Source of the DNA: Podarcis erhardii
Taxonomy: Eukaryota
Assembly (NCBI GenBank): GCA_964252035.1
Contig: OZ176202.1
Reading direction: 5' to 3' (one strand)
Length of the DNA: 64,000 bases
In this document: positions 50,137 through 62,195 of the stretch, one piece after another
How the letters are laid out: each line of letters opens with the position of its first letter
Numbering within the stretch: position 1 is the first letter of the stretch
Made by a program: the position numbers and the translations under genes
Notes under the pieces: generated by a model
The model's database searches: none
The model's input: the letters and a program-made list of their open reading frames with translations, nothing else
Told to the model about the DNA's origin: nothing

Positions 50137-51229
50137 TTTTGGGTTACCGAAAGGCCACTTTAGCAGAATCCTATTGTGACTTTCAGGAATATCTTTTGCC
50201 TCTTTGCCTCTTTCAACCTTCATGTGTGCAGTGCCTTTTTGCTAGCACCGCAGGACTGAATAATTGAAGAGCTCAGTGCTACCTGTCATCCCATAATTGT
50301 GAAAACATGTCACCAGGTGATCCATGCATAATTTGAATGGCCACCTTTTGTGTTAATACAACTTGTGATGCATTTATTCTGCCTCCAAGTTTGGGTGTTC
50401 ACTAGTAACTGGGCGGAAGGGTGAAATCCATCCATTCCCAGTGATCTGCTGTGGAGTGGTAGGACTGCCTGCTGAGCCCATGAAAGAGACAGCAGTGACA
50501 ATGACAACACAGTTCTGATTTATCCTAATCCTTTAGAAGGCTCTTGCTGGGGGTGGGGGGAGACAGTTGACCTTCAAAGCTTTGTTTCCAAAAAGCCCTC
50601 TTTTGCTTTGTTTTTTTAATGGCTGTGGCTGATGGTATTGGCCAACTCTTCCCCAACATATCAGATTCTGAAGATGCCCATCTTCATCAGTGCTCCATTT
50701 CAGAGCTGCGACACAGAACTCTGAAATGGTCGTGGGATTAATTTTGGGATTATAATCACACAGGAAACTCAGTCCCAGTAGCTCTATTTGGACATGCTGT
50801 GAATTAGATGAAGGAGAAGAGTAGGGCCACAGTTGCTCATCTTACCTCTGTTGTTGTGTCCCCACAATGCTATCCATGGGTTGAGAGGGTGCCTGTAACA
50901 GGACAGCCTCCTATATACACATAGGTTGTCCTTGTAAACTACAGCCATGGTTGATCAGTGTTTGCTCATGAAGACAGCCTATGCTTGTTTGACAGACTGT
51001 TCCACTACATACATGCCCTAAACTCCTAGACTAGGCAGTATTAGGAAGGGGTTGGGGCACTAAGGCAAGCCTTGCTCCCGTCACTCACATTATACATTAT
51101 TGTTGCTTAGTTTTGAACACCTGAATATGACTGGTGTCAGTGTGACAAGGGGCACATTCAGATGTGGGGTTTACAGCTCTTCTACTAATGTGATTTATAG
51201 AAATAAATGTGCCTTATATTGGTATCCTC

Positions 51230-51652
51230 AGATACCAGAATGTTGGAAGATTCAGAACAGACCCAAGAAAGAACTTCTTCAAACAGCACATAGTTAAACC
51301 ATGGAATTTGGCCCTACAAGAGGTCATGAAGACCACCAACCTGAATGGCTTTAAAAGAGGATCAGACAAATTCAAGGAAGATGTGGCTTCTAGCCATAAT
51401 GGCTATCAGAGGCAAGATGCCTCTGAGTACCACTTGCTGGCAATGACAGTTGTGGAGAGTGCTGTTGCTTCCAACAAGGTGTCTAGTAGGCCACTATAAA
51501 CAGAATGTTGGACTAGATGGGCCTTTGGCCTGACTTAGCACTGATCTCCTCCTCCTTTTAGAATGTTTTTATTTCAATAACAGTGCAGAATACAATATAT
51601 ACAGAGCAGTCATACAATTCATACCCAAGCAATGTCCTTCTTATGTTCTTAA
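51230..51652 (+). mobile_element. CR1 LINE ORF2 C-terminus and 3' UTR
   Basis: Peptide GRFRTDPRKNFFKQHIVKPWNLALQEVMKTTNLNGFKRGSDKFKED is the CR1 ORF2 end. Tail gactagatgggcctttggcctgac...ccttcttatgttctta is split by a ~90-bp insert. Confidence 0.85.
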
Positions 51653-52259
51653 TGCATGTGCTGATACCCAGATGCTTTTAAAACTGAGGTAGTTTAAAAG
51701 GTAATTGGGGTATGGGCGGGCATGAGTTGAAGGGGCAACTCTCAAATTAATTCAGATATTGTGTTTGTGTGTGTGCAAGCACACACCTATGGATCGTACC
51801 TGATGCACTCTAGGTTCTTTAGCCTACAGCTCTGATTGTGAAAATCCCCCAGTTGTGATGATAAAGTAAATGTGCCTTCCCTCAGTATTCACAGGTTCCT
51901 ATGACAACCGGAGTTAGCCAGCAGTGGCCTGGCAGTGAATCCTACTGACTGAATGCCAGATTTTCAAGTTCCATCTCTCCCTACTGCTATGTTGACGTCC
52001 CAAGTAACTCCCAAGTATTCAGAATATGGCAATACTGCATAAAAGTGTCTAAAGGGTAGTACAAATAAATTATTTGGGGGAAATGTATGCATAATACACC
52101 CATCTGCATCTGCTGAAATTCTCACTTAGCTTACTGATAGATCACAATTACTTAAGTACTTGTCAATTACACAAATCCTCAGGGAGATGAGCCAAATCTC
52201 TACCATAGAAGGAATGAATATGCAGCACATTATTTTTTAAAGGAACAGAGACTTCTGTA

Positions 52260-53100
52260 CTGCACTTGTCAAACCTGACCATTTTCCTCCAGACCAGAAA
52301 GCAGCAATCAATAACGGCAAATGACAATGACTTCATCTGCAAGGCATATGGCCAAAGGCAGGCATGGCGAGGTTATGATGCACTCTTCATTGTGACACCA
52401 TTTCAAAACTATGCTTTCCGTTTCTCCAGATCACTTATTTTGTGTAGAGATTCTTCATGCTGCTTTTCTCTTTCCTGTCACAGAGACATTCTTTTATGCA
52501 TAGGCGGAATTATCAAAAGGACTGCTTATAATTTCAGTTAAAAATAGATCCTTTAAATATTGTGGCTGATGAGAAGGTTGAAAGAATGTAGCAGGAAAAT
52601 GAAATTAGCTCAGCACATAAACCATATTCTCATGCCGTGGCTTTTCGAGCAGTGACTTTTTTGGAGTGGCAGCAAATGCCTGTAATATTTTCCAGTTCTG
52701 AGTATTCCCCTCTCTGGGGCCACCTGGGATCAAAGCAATTCTTCCCCCTCCTGCGGTCTCAGCTAACTCCATTAACTCTAATTACAAACACTTCTGTTAT
52801 ACTAACCAGATTTTATGGCTTCCAAAGGTTGAGCCTCATAGGGAGCGAGAAAGTACACACGGTCTGGATGGTTCCTTCATTATGATGGCCATACTGTACA
52901 TTAACCTTTCTAAAAAAAATAGGTAGCTCTGAACTGGAATCACTTTGTTTTTAACTGATGCAATAAAACGACACTTTAATTTTAACCTGAAGTGCCCGGC
53001 ATCATATGTGTGCTTGGGAGATTCAGTGAGGTGAATTTGAGAGTGACGGAGAACATTTTGCCATTAGCCAGAAGGTTAAAAAAACAAAATGAAAAAGTGG
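52260..53100. promoter_or_regulatory. Candidate enhancer cluster (TCF, homeodomain and posterior-HOX/CDX motifs)
   Basis: ATCAAAG 52730-52736, TAATTA 52779-52784, TTTTATGG 52811-52818, GCAATAAAA 52960-52968. About 850 bp with no recognised repeat. Confidence 0.3.
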
Positions 53101-53878
53101 GTCTCACTACTTATTCATGCTGCTGACATGCAGCTCTTGAAACACAATAACCTCAAGTGTGCCCCTGTACGTACACTCTATCAAAGAAAATGCACTGAGT
53201 GCTCCCCACTCATGATGTTGTCATTGTTTCAGGCTTCTTAGCAACCTTCCACCTCTCTTCAGGTGTTACACCTGAGCAGGGAATTCCCGACACGAGTAGG
53301 GGGTGTCATGGGGCGCATGTGACCCTTGCCATCAATGTCCCTGCATGCACTAGACGTCCCATCAAGGATTCGAAACATGTTCACTCAAATGCTCCCTTCA
53401 CATGTCCCCCTACACGCCTATCAGGTGGAGCTGGCTCATGGGGCTAGCAAGCCACCACCAAGGATTTGACATTCCAAAGAAGTTCTAAGTAATTGTGTTC
53501 CTTTCCCTCCCGTACAATACAGCAGTGATTGAGCTGCTTTGCACACAGCTGCCAGGGGAGAGATGAGTGGCAGCTGGCAACTGGCAAGGGCAGTGAGGGC
53601 AGTAAAGGAAGACAGTTGCAAAGAGCCTGAGGCGCCACTTAGCTCTCTGGATCTACACTGGAACTCTGTAGAGCTGCGTGTGCATACACAACTGTTGTCG
53701 AGGTAGACTGCATTATTTAACAGACACTGTTACAATATAGAGATCCTCAGTCACTTTGGTGTTGTGATGCACATGTTTATTTCAAAGCTGCAAAATAGCA
53801 TGGGATTTATAACTGAGCAGAAGCTTAAAAAGTCTGGGCAGGAAATGGAACACTATAACTTTTGAAGAGATCTTGAGA

Positions 53879-54084
53879 CAGACCTTTCCAAACTTTACAT
53901 GTTGGTGACACACTTTTTAGAAATGCATCATTTCACAACACAGTAATTCAGTTCTACTAGCAAACTGGAGGTTAAACTAACCCCCTTCCGGCCCTGGGAA
54001 GATCGCATGGAATGTTAGCGCGAAACACCTATTCACTGCAGCCAACACACTAACATGCGGCAACACACAGTTTGGAAAGCTCTG
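53879..54084. mobile_element. hAT-type MITE (206 bp)
   Basis: TIR CAGACCTTTCCAAACT versus reverse complement CAGAGCTTTCCAAACT (15/16). TSD degenerate (TCTTGAGA / TCATAGGA). Confidence 0.75.
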
Positions 54085-54147
54085 TCATAGGACATGGTTG
54101 GGGTTTAAACACCACAAGAATGTGAGTGGTCTGCTACAAAACAAATA

Positions 54148-54879
54148 CAGTGGTACCTTGGTTCCCAAAGTTAATCTGTTCTGGAAGTCTATTCCAAAAC
54201 CAAAGCGTTCTAAAACCAAGGCGTGCTTCCCCATAGAAAGTAATGTAAAATGGATTAATCCATTCCAGACTTTTAAAAACAACCCCTAAAAGCAATTTAA
54301 CATGAATTTTACTAACTAATGAGACCATTGATCCATAAAATGAAAGCAATAATCAATGTACTGTACTATAAAATAAATAAGACAGTATTGTAGATGATAA
54401 AAATTAAAATCATTATTTTTTCTTACATGCACTGATGATAGTCATTGTTTGGATGGGGGGGCTTTTATCTATTTCTGCAGTCACACAATCAATCAATAAG
54501 TAGCTGGACTGTGTTCCACACAGTCACAAAAACAAGTCACAAAAACAAAGTCACAAGGCAGTCTCATAAAACGAAGAACAAGTCACAGTCAAAAAAACAA
54601 AAAAGCCACATAAACAAAAACACAAAAAATAGCAAAAACAAAAGCTCCAAATATCACCTCTGGGTTGCGTGGGTGCTTGGGACAGCCTACAGACTCAACA
54701 GGAAGCCTCTGATTAGCAACGGGGGAATCAATTTACAAACAGAACACACTCAACAGGAAGCGGAACATGTTCAGGTTCTAAGGCAAAGTTCACAAACCGG
54801 AACACCTACTTCTGGGTTTGCAGTGTTCTGTTTCCAAGTTGTTCATAAACTATGCTGTTCTAAAACCAAGGTACCACTG
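54148..54879. mobile_element. 732-bp non-autonomous Tc1/mariner (Tigger-like) element sharing the CAGTGGTACC TIR
   Basis: Perfect 16-bp TIR CAGTGGTACCTTGGTT / AACCAAGGTACCACTG with TA on both sides. Interior differs from the 240-bp family. Confidence 0.92.
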
Positions 54880-54917
54880 TACAGTAGTATGGTAGTGGTG
54901 AGGGTGGTGGTGGTGGT

Positions 54918-55100
54918 TATTATGACATTTATATGCCACCTTTTCTCCAAGAAGCTTCTCTCCCTCTCCATCTCCCCCCCTCAACAACCCTGTGAGGTAG
55001 GTGGGACTCAGAGGTGGTGACTAGCCCAAGGTCACTCAGCCAGCTTAATGGTCTCTGAGGTCAGAGTCCAGCAAGCTAACCATTTATCTACACTGGCTCT
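54918..55100 (-). mobile_element. Degenerate Squam3-like SINE
   Basis: acaaccctgtgaggtaggtggg...gtgactagcccaaggtcactcagccagct...acactggctct is antisense to the 62573 SINE. Confidence 0.7.
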
Positions 55101-55195
55101 GTTGTTTCTGAAATGCCTGATTATGATCTTACATTGCTGCTGAGAAGTGGGTAACTGTATTCTGCACGAGCTATTGTTAGTCTCCGAGGACTCTT

Positions 55196-55244
55196 CATTG
55201 TTACCTATGTCTGACCATGTAGTGGTCAGACATAGGTAACAATG
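55196..55244. repeat. Perfect inverted repeat: 22-bp arms, 5-nt loop
   Basis: CATTGTTACCTATGTCTGACCA-tgtag-TGGTCAGACATAGGTAACAATG. Confidence 0.97.
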
Positions 55245-55947
55245 CCTATATCTCAGTTTAGCCTATATGAGAGGTAGTCCCCCCCATTCTGGTGCTGATA
55301 TATAGGCCATGAAGAGGAGCCAAAAGCATGGCAAATTTGGATATGACTTCCAGAATTCTTAGGATAAGATTATGTATTATTGAAACTACAATATTCAATC
55401 CACATTCCACTTTTTGCTGGAGGAGAGAAGGCGATTTCTAAAGTATTCATGCCAGCTTAATCAAGAATATTTTCATTATGGCCACCTATGTATCAAGCAT
55501 GCGTAGTTAGGCATTCTCAGAGGCTCTCCTCCATAAGTAAAAGGCTGTCATTTGTTCTCCTGAAAATGCTCATGCATTGAGGACAAGACCCACCACAGAA
55601 ACATCAGTCATAGCCTGGGAACTGTCCACTACTAAATTCATGCAACTACTTGCAGAACAACAAAAATACATTTATTTGTATGTAACTCTGTAGAGAAACA
55701 CCAGACACCTCCTTGAAGTCATAAAGTTTGTTCATGTATAATCGATGATGGACAACAGCCTTCTGCTTGGGGAGTTCTGCTCCTCCCCTCATTTGAACGA
55801 AGAGGTACATCCCTGCAAGAATTCTGCCATATGGGTCTGCTGTTTATATATAGCTGGATTCAAGTTTGCACTTGCAAGTTGTGCATTGAATTCCAGTGCT
55901 CAACGGACAGCATTTTCAAGCGCAATCTCTACTTTCAGTGTGATGTA

Positions 55948-56189
55948 CAGTGGTACCTTGGGTTACATATGCTTCAGGTTACATATGCTTCAGGTTACAT
56001 ACTCTGCTAACCCAGAAATAGTACCTCAGGTTAAGAACTTTGCTTCAGGATGAGAACAGAAATCGTGCAGCGGTGGCGCAGCGGCAGCAGGAGGCCCCAT
56101 TAGCTAAAGTGGTGCTTCAGGTTAAGAACAGTTTCAGGTTAAGTCCGGACGTCCGGAACGAATTAAGTACTTAACCTGAGGTACCACTG
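55948..56189 (+). mobile_element. Tc1/mariner MITE copy 5 (242 bp)
   Basis: TA-CAGTGGTACCTTGGGTTA...TAACCTGAGGTACCACTG-TA. Confidence 0.95.
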
Positions 56190-56817
56190 TAATTTGAGGA
56201 GTGGAAATATTACATACCATTTATATAATGGCCAACTCAGTTTTGTAACTTATGGAAAATTTGGTGATTTGTTTGTTTGTTTGGCATTCCTCCCTTTTGG
56301 TAGGTTTGCCTTTCATCTGTAATATGAAACATTTGCTGGCATTGGTTCATGCATTGTCCTACTGGTGGATTTCAGCATTACTGTAAGAGACAACTGCTCT
56401 CGCTTTTCATTTAGCTATGACAAGAATTGTCCTCTGCAGCTAACTTGGTGGAATGTTGACTGTCTGAACCCTTGCCAAAGAGTACAGATAAATGGTGTGG
56501 TGGCTGAAAAACAAGGCATAATATATTTTGCATAGTGTCAAGAAAATTAACAGGATGTCCCTGGCTGGCTCATTTGTAAAGACTGAGACAATCCCTGCTG
56601 ACAAGCTTGATCGGTTACTTATCCAAAACTATGCCATTTGTTGGTTCATTCTCTCTCTCAGACTTGAAAGCACAAGTGAAAAGATACTCCAAGAATAATA
56701 GTAACTCAGATGCATCCCTTTTCACTATGAAACCAGTCCAGCAAGGTTTTAAGACTAAGCATAAAATGGAAGAATGTGTTCAGTAGCCTTTTTTTAAAAA
56801 AAAAAAAGTCAATTTCT

Positions 56818-57155
56818 ATTTATTGATCATATTTGCATCCTGTCCTTCCTCCAAGAAGCTGAGGGTGAACAGGGCCATCATTTTTATACCCATGGCCATT
56901 CTGTTAAGCTTAGGCCAAGAGCCAGTGACTTGTCCAAAAATACCCTATGTGCTTTCTTAGAGCTGGCCCAAGACGTTTTCCAGCCTATTTATTGATCATA
57001 TTTGCATCCTGTCCTTCCTCCAAGAAGCTGAGGGTGAACAGGGCCATCATTTTTATACCCATGGCCATTCTGTTAAGCTTAGGCCAAGAGCCAGTGACTT
57101 GTCCAAAAATACCCTATGTGCTTTCTTAGAGCTGGCCCAAGACGTTTTCCAGCCT
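56818..57155. repeat. Perfect tandem duplication, 2 x 169 bp
   Basis: 56818-56986 and 56987-57155 are identical by eye, with 2-bp CT microhomology at the junction. The unit is itself a degenerate SINE fragment. Confidence 0.95.
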
Positions 57156-57344
57156 GAGGCAAAGTAGCAAATGGCATCTCCCATCCCATGTCAAAACAAA
57201 GAGTACCCAAACCCACCTCTAGTTATTTTGGCACCTGAGGCAGAAAAGCCCATGAGCACCTAGTCCTTGGACTAAAACTGTCATGACTCCCAAAACTAAC
57301 TGACATAGTTGTAAGTTCTGTGACTGAGCAAGAATTTGAATCCT

Positions 57345-57670
57345 GGGCCATATTTGCACCATACATAAGTATTCATATACCACTTTAACAATCCCTTTAA
57401 CAGGCATGACTTCCAGGGAGTCCTGGAAACAGTTTGATAAGGGCAGTGAGAGTTGTTAGGAGACCCTTCAGAGAACTAAAATTACACAGAGTTCCCCGAG
57501 AAGAGAGATTTATTATTAAGACACTTTGGATTTATAGCTGTATGAGGGGAATAGATGTGTCCTAACAACTATCAGCACCCTTCATAATTACACTTCCCAG
57601 AATTCTTTGGGGGAAGCCATGACAGTTAAAATGGTATTTAAGAGATCTTTCAATGTATGGTGCAGAGGTC
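57345..57670. mobile_element. Palindromic ~330-bp MITE (PIF/Harbinger-like by end structure)
   Basis: Perfect 12-bp inverted TGCACCATACAT (57355-57366) / ATGTATGGTGCA (57653-57664), with internally symmetric arms (gagagttgttaggagaccc / tgtcctaacaactatcagc). Confidence 0.75.
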
Positions 57671-58692
57671 GTCCATGTCTCTTTAGTCCATAAAACTAAA
57701 CTATATCCATTCCACACAGGAACAGAACTTTAACGAAGCAGAAAAGACAAGCAAAAGCACAAATTAAATAATTTGTGAATTGTCCTTAAAAGCTAGTTAA
57801 TAAGGGTTGTTTTATCATGCATTTCAAGAGACATAGTATTTTGAATGAAAGAATGCTATTAATCAAACAGAGAAGCAACAGAAAAAAATAGTCTTTATTG
57901 TGCTATTTAGTCTCTGAAACTGGGAATAGTAAAAATTCCTAGAAGTCGAATAGGAACATGCAAACTGGTTGTGCAAAGTAATAAAGGGGCTATTCAAAAT
58001 CCTGGTGCATTATGCTCTAGGTGCCCTTATGTATGGGGTGGTTTTGCCTGGTGGTACCAGGCACAAAATCCTTGTTGGTGTTGGCAGCGGAACCAGCAGA
58101 GCTGCCATTTCTCGGTTTCAGTACCCATGGGTCATGTTGTGGGTTACCTTGGGTCCTATACTAGGATGGGATATTAACTCTTATCCCTGATGTTGAAGAA
58201 ACAGAGAAGGTAGCGACAGACCCACATATCTGAGCACAAATTCACTATTGACCTTTATGTGAGCAGGTGCAATCTTAACTTATTCCTTAGCACTTAAGGA
58301 AACGGTCCTAGTGTGCAACTTGTGTGGGTGAGGGACTCAGAAGAATCAGAAGAATAAAACATTCTGCCAGATTGGCACTTAAATTTGTTGTGATATGTTT
58401 GCAGCAGGTGAAAGTCACCAGAACAATTTTCTCTTCCAAAGGTCATAGGATAAGGCAAATATCACATGTTATCTGCTAGCGAAGTCTCAGAAACAGGCTT
58501 ATTGATTAAACTATCTGGATTCCTTACAAAGTATAATTGGCTCTTCAGAGGCTTTATTGCCTTGATTACCTGTGACATGATTATATTCAGAGTAAAAACA
58601 TTCCCTTACAGTTGGATTTATTTTTATTTTTTTTTAAAAAAAGAATTCCATGTTTTGACAACAGGGATCCTTGATACAATTAACATATGGTA

Positions 58693-59210
58693 ACACTGGC
58701 AACAACTCCAGAGGACTGTCAGGATGCTGTCAGCGGCTCCTAGCTGTTTGCCCAGGAAAGTATAAAGACAAGGAAAAGTTTCTTACAGTCCTTTTTTATT
58801 TCAATCTTTACAGAGAGAGGCTGTAGAACCCAGCCTATTGGATAATGGCATTGTCCCAAGTGAATCTCCACCTCCCCTCTCTCCCACTTCTTCATTTGTC
58901 ATCATCATCATCATCACCTCCTCTATGGGTGCTGCTAAGTCCCCTCTGTCTTTGAGCTCTTTGCTCTCCTACTTTTAAGGCCCACCAGGTTCTGGGAGAT
59001 GGTGGTTCTGGAATGCTTTCTAATGACAACGTATCAGTCAGCTGCTCTGGCTCTCCCATGATTTCCCAACTTTCCCCCTCATCTACCTCTGAGCTGTGAC
59101 CTCCCTCAAACCCCTATTGTAAATCTATACTGTCTTCCTCTTCCTCATCTCTGGAAGGGTCAGGATGCGGAGGCCATCTCCACCATTCCTCCTCTGCCCA
59201 GTCTCTGACA
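58693..59210 (-). mobile_element. Second solo LTR, inverted, lacking ~20 bp at its 3' end
   Basis: Reverse complement aligns continuously with 37504-~38015 (roughly 90% identical by eye). Ends ...ctctgaca (= TGTCAG). Confidence 0.92.
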
Positions 59211-61029
59211 GGGATCCTGGGTGCCCAGGCACCCATAATTTTTTTGCTGTGGGTGCCTGGCCTCTGTGCCCCACCACACCACCGCCTTACCTCTGGTGCT
59301 CCAGCACTGCGTCAGTGACAGGGGTCTTGGGGGGCCTGCTGTGGCCATGGCCATCCTTCCAGGGCACGCATGCTGTGCATCCACAGTCTGGTGCCCAGGT
59401 TGGCACTACTGTTAGATAGCATTCTTTTTCAGCACTTGCCTCTACCAACCCCTTGCTTACTTTTTAAAAATGCAAACTGCTCAGCTAGTGATATGAAGGT
59501 GTATTAAAAAAAGAAAAACAAAGAATAGAATCAGTTCATGCAGACTGTAAGTATGTCTCATTGTTCCTGAAGAATAAGTAACAACACTTGGCAAAGAGTC
59601 ACTGGGTAGCAAAGTTTCCACTGTGTTCCTGCTCCATGTTATTCATTCTAGGAAGTGATGGGTGAATATCAGTTGCCACTGTGATTTTTTACCCATCCAG
59701 ACTGCAAGCAGCAGTTGTGTAGGTAGGTGTCAGATATAATCTTGCTGTAAAAATGTTATACATCTCCACTGGGAGGCTGGCCTTACCCTTTCATAACTGT
59801 GGCATGAGGACCATTATAATTTCCCACACAACTCTCTAGACTAGTTAACAGAGGAGATATTTTTCTCAGCTGTTGCAAGCATTTTGTCCCAGGCAAGCAT
59901 CCTGTTAGCAGTTTGTGCAACTGCTTTCTAGCATTATTTGTGCATTTATGTTACAAATCGTAATGTTCAAGTCAAGTTTTAGCCAGCAGGAGGTTGGGGA
60001 GCGGTTTTCAAAATTCACAGAAATGACATCAAAGTGGGGAACAGCTCAATGCTAAAGCATTTTCAGAACTAAAAGTAATGTTTTCTGGGGTTTTACTTAG
60101 CAGCATAAAAGTTAATCAGAAGTTGTTGACTAGACTCTTCAGAATTCTGTTTTGTTGGCCGATGCTAATGAGAAAAACATTTGGGAATGAGGGTCATTCT
60201 AATTTGACATGTTCTCATATTCCTTAAGAATTTTTATTTCACATACATTAGCAGGCCTGTGTAGCAGCTGGATTAGTACAATACGCTGGTGTCAGTGTGA
60301 GCTACAAAGTCACGAATTTGTAAACTATGAGAGATTTACATAATAGGCCATATTGCTTGTCTCCCAGACATTTTAACACACTGAGTAAATATCACACACA
60401 GGTCATAAATTCTGGACACATAAGAAACACTTATTTACTTGATAAACAATAACTGGCCCAAAGACAACAATTTATATGCCATTGAGACTAGAAGATAAAG
60501 AGACATGGTGGGTTGGAATTGGAGTGATAGTGGAATATATGCTTAGTTTTGATTTCAAATATCTTGCCTAGTCAGGTCTCTGAAAAGAATGATTCTAGCA
60601 TTCATACACATCCCAGGAGAGAAAATGATCAGGACAGCGGTAAATCTCATACACTGTTTCTTGCCATCACATTCTGGCATATGTCGTTGAAACATGCAAA
60701 TATGTGGTTCAGAGAAATGTATCCAGCTTGCAATCGTTTATCCACTGCCCACCCCCATACTTGTTTATGCTCCATTTGTCTGAGACAGATTCAGTACTCA
60801 TGTCTGGCCTAGTTCTCAGAAACAACAGATGAGGGTGCTAACTTGTGCCTAGGCTGTACCACTTCATAGTGCAGGTGGGAATACTCCAGGGATGTTTGAG
60901 ATTTATTTTGGTCCACATTTATTTTGGTCCACCAACCTGATTCACACTTCCAATAACAGTACATGGATCAAAGCACAGTTATCCTTCAGGTTTCACATGG
61001 GCTCAAATTTTCTGATATGATTCTCAGCC

Positions 61030-61270
61030 CCTGAAACATGTCAAAATGCATATAGAAATGTGCATTTTAGAATACAACACATGCAAGAAATGTGCATCTT
61101 GAGGTAAAATGCATACAGAAAAGGCATGTTTTAAGATTATATATGTACAAAAATGCAAAATTTCAAACATCAAAAAAGGATTTTGAGACAGATGCAAAAG
61201 TGGAGTGGAACTGACATATGAATGAACACTTAAAAAGTTGATTCAGACTAGAAATGGACTGCTCATCCCC
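61030..61270 (-). mobile_element. Degenerate antisense fragment of the GGGATG-ended element family
   Basis: aaaatgcatatagaaatgtgcatttt...gctcatcccc resembles the reverse complement of the 11337 and 33813 copies. Confidence 0.45.
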
Positions 61271-61679
61271 AGCCTGCTCCGATAATATATCCCCCCCCTC
61301 GCTTTCTCTCTCTTTTTCAAAACTGAAGTTCTGCTGGCTTGCTTATTATTCAGACTCCCTATAACCCAATACCAGCTTTATACAGGGTTCTTTTTTACAC
61401 TCTTTGAATTATTAGAAGCAACCATGAGTGAAGGAAATCGTCGCCGTCGTCATTATATCCTAAATTTCCAACAAGACTATAATATGGGATCCCTGCCACC
61501 GTACTATAAACCTCAGCATATCTTTTTCTATTGTACATGCACAAACAATTTTTTTTGTACTGTAGGGAATTTATTTTTATTTATTTATTTGTATGGGGGG
61601 GGGGGAATTACAGACCTGCAGTCTGCAATGACTTGCAGCACAGGAATAGGGAAAGCAAGGCACCCAAACAATTTCTTAC

Positions 61680-61806
61680 CATGCTGAGATTCTAGGCCAC
61701 ATTTCCCTACACATTTGACACCATTTGGCAATCTTTCCAACACAACAGGGATAGGCTACTGCTGTCTGTTGCTGACTACTTACCTACAGAAGGAGAGGCA
61801 GCAGGG
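61680..61806 (-). other. Candidate recursive splice site with 104-nt RS-exon
   Basis: Minus strand CCCTGCTGCCTCTCCTTCTGTAG|GTAAGT (junction 61784/61783), then 104 nt to ATG|GTAAGA (61680/61679). Confidence 0.35.
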
Positions 61807-61930
61807 TTTCAGCTAGACTAGGAGCAGATGAGATAAAAGAGTGGGACCTCAGGGGAAGGAAACAAGAGGCAGAAGTGGCCAAGTCCCCTGCTTCTGGACT
61901 AATAGTTTCTCTTCACACACCCTTTCAATA

Positions 61931-62172
61931 CAGTGGTACCTCAGGTTACATATGCTTCAGGTTACATACGCTTCAGGTTACAGACTCCGCTCACCCAGAA
62001 ATAGTGCTTCAGGTTAAGAACTTTGCTTCAGGATGAGAACAGTAATCTTGCTCCAGCGGTGCAGTGGCAGCAGAAGGCCCCATTACCTAAAGTGGTGCTT
62101 CAGGTTAAGAACAATTTCAGGTTAAGAACGGACCTCCGGAACGGATTAAATACTTAACCCGAGGTACCACTG
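61931..62172 (+). mobile_element. Tc1/mariner MITE copy 6 (242 bp)
   Basis: TA-CAGTGGTACCTCAGGTTA...TTAACCCGAGGTACCACTG-TA. Confidence 0.95.
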
Positions 62173-62195
62173 TACTGTCTTACTGCAACACCATA

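Noticed and set aside
51685-51693. let-7-like TGAGGTAGT
   Set aside because: Only 9 nt match and there is no precursor hairpin.
54445-55020. 191-aa Lys/Asn/Thr-rich ORF
   Set aside because: Read-through of the low-complexity A/C-rich MITE interior into a SINE; not a transposase.
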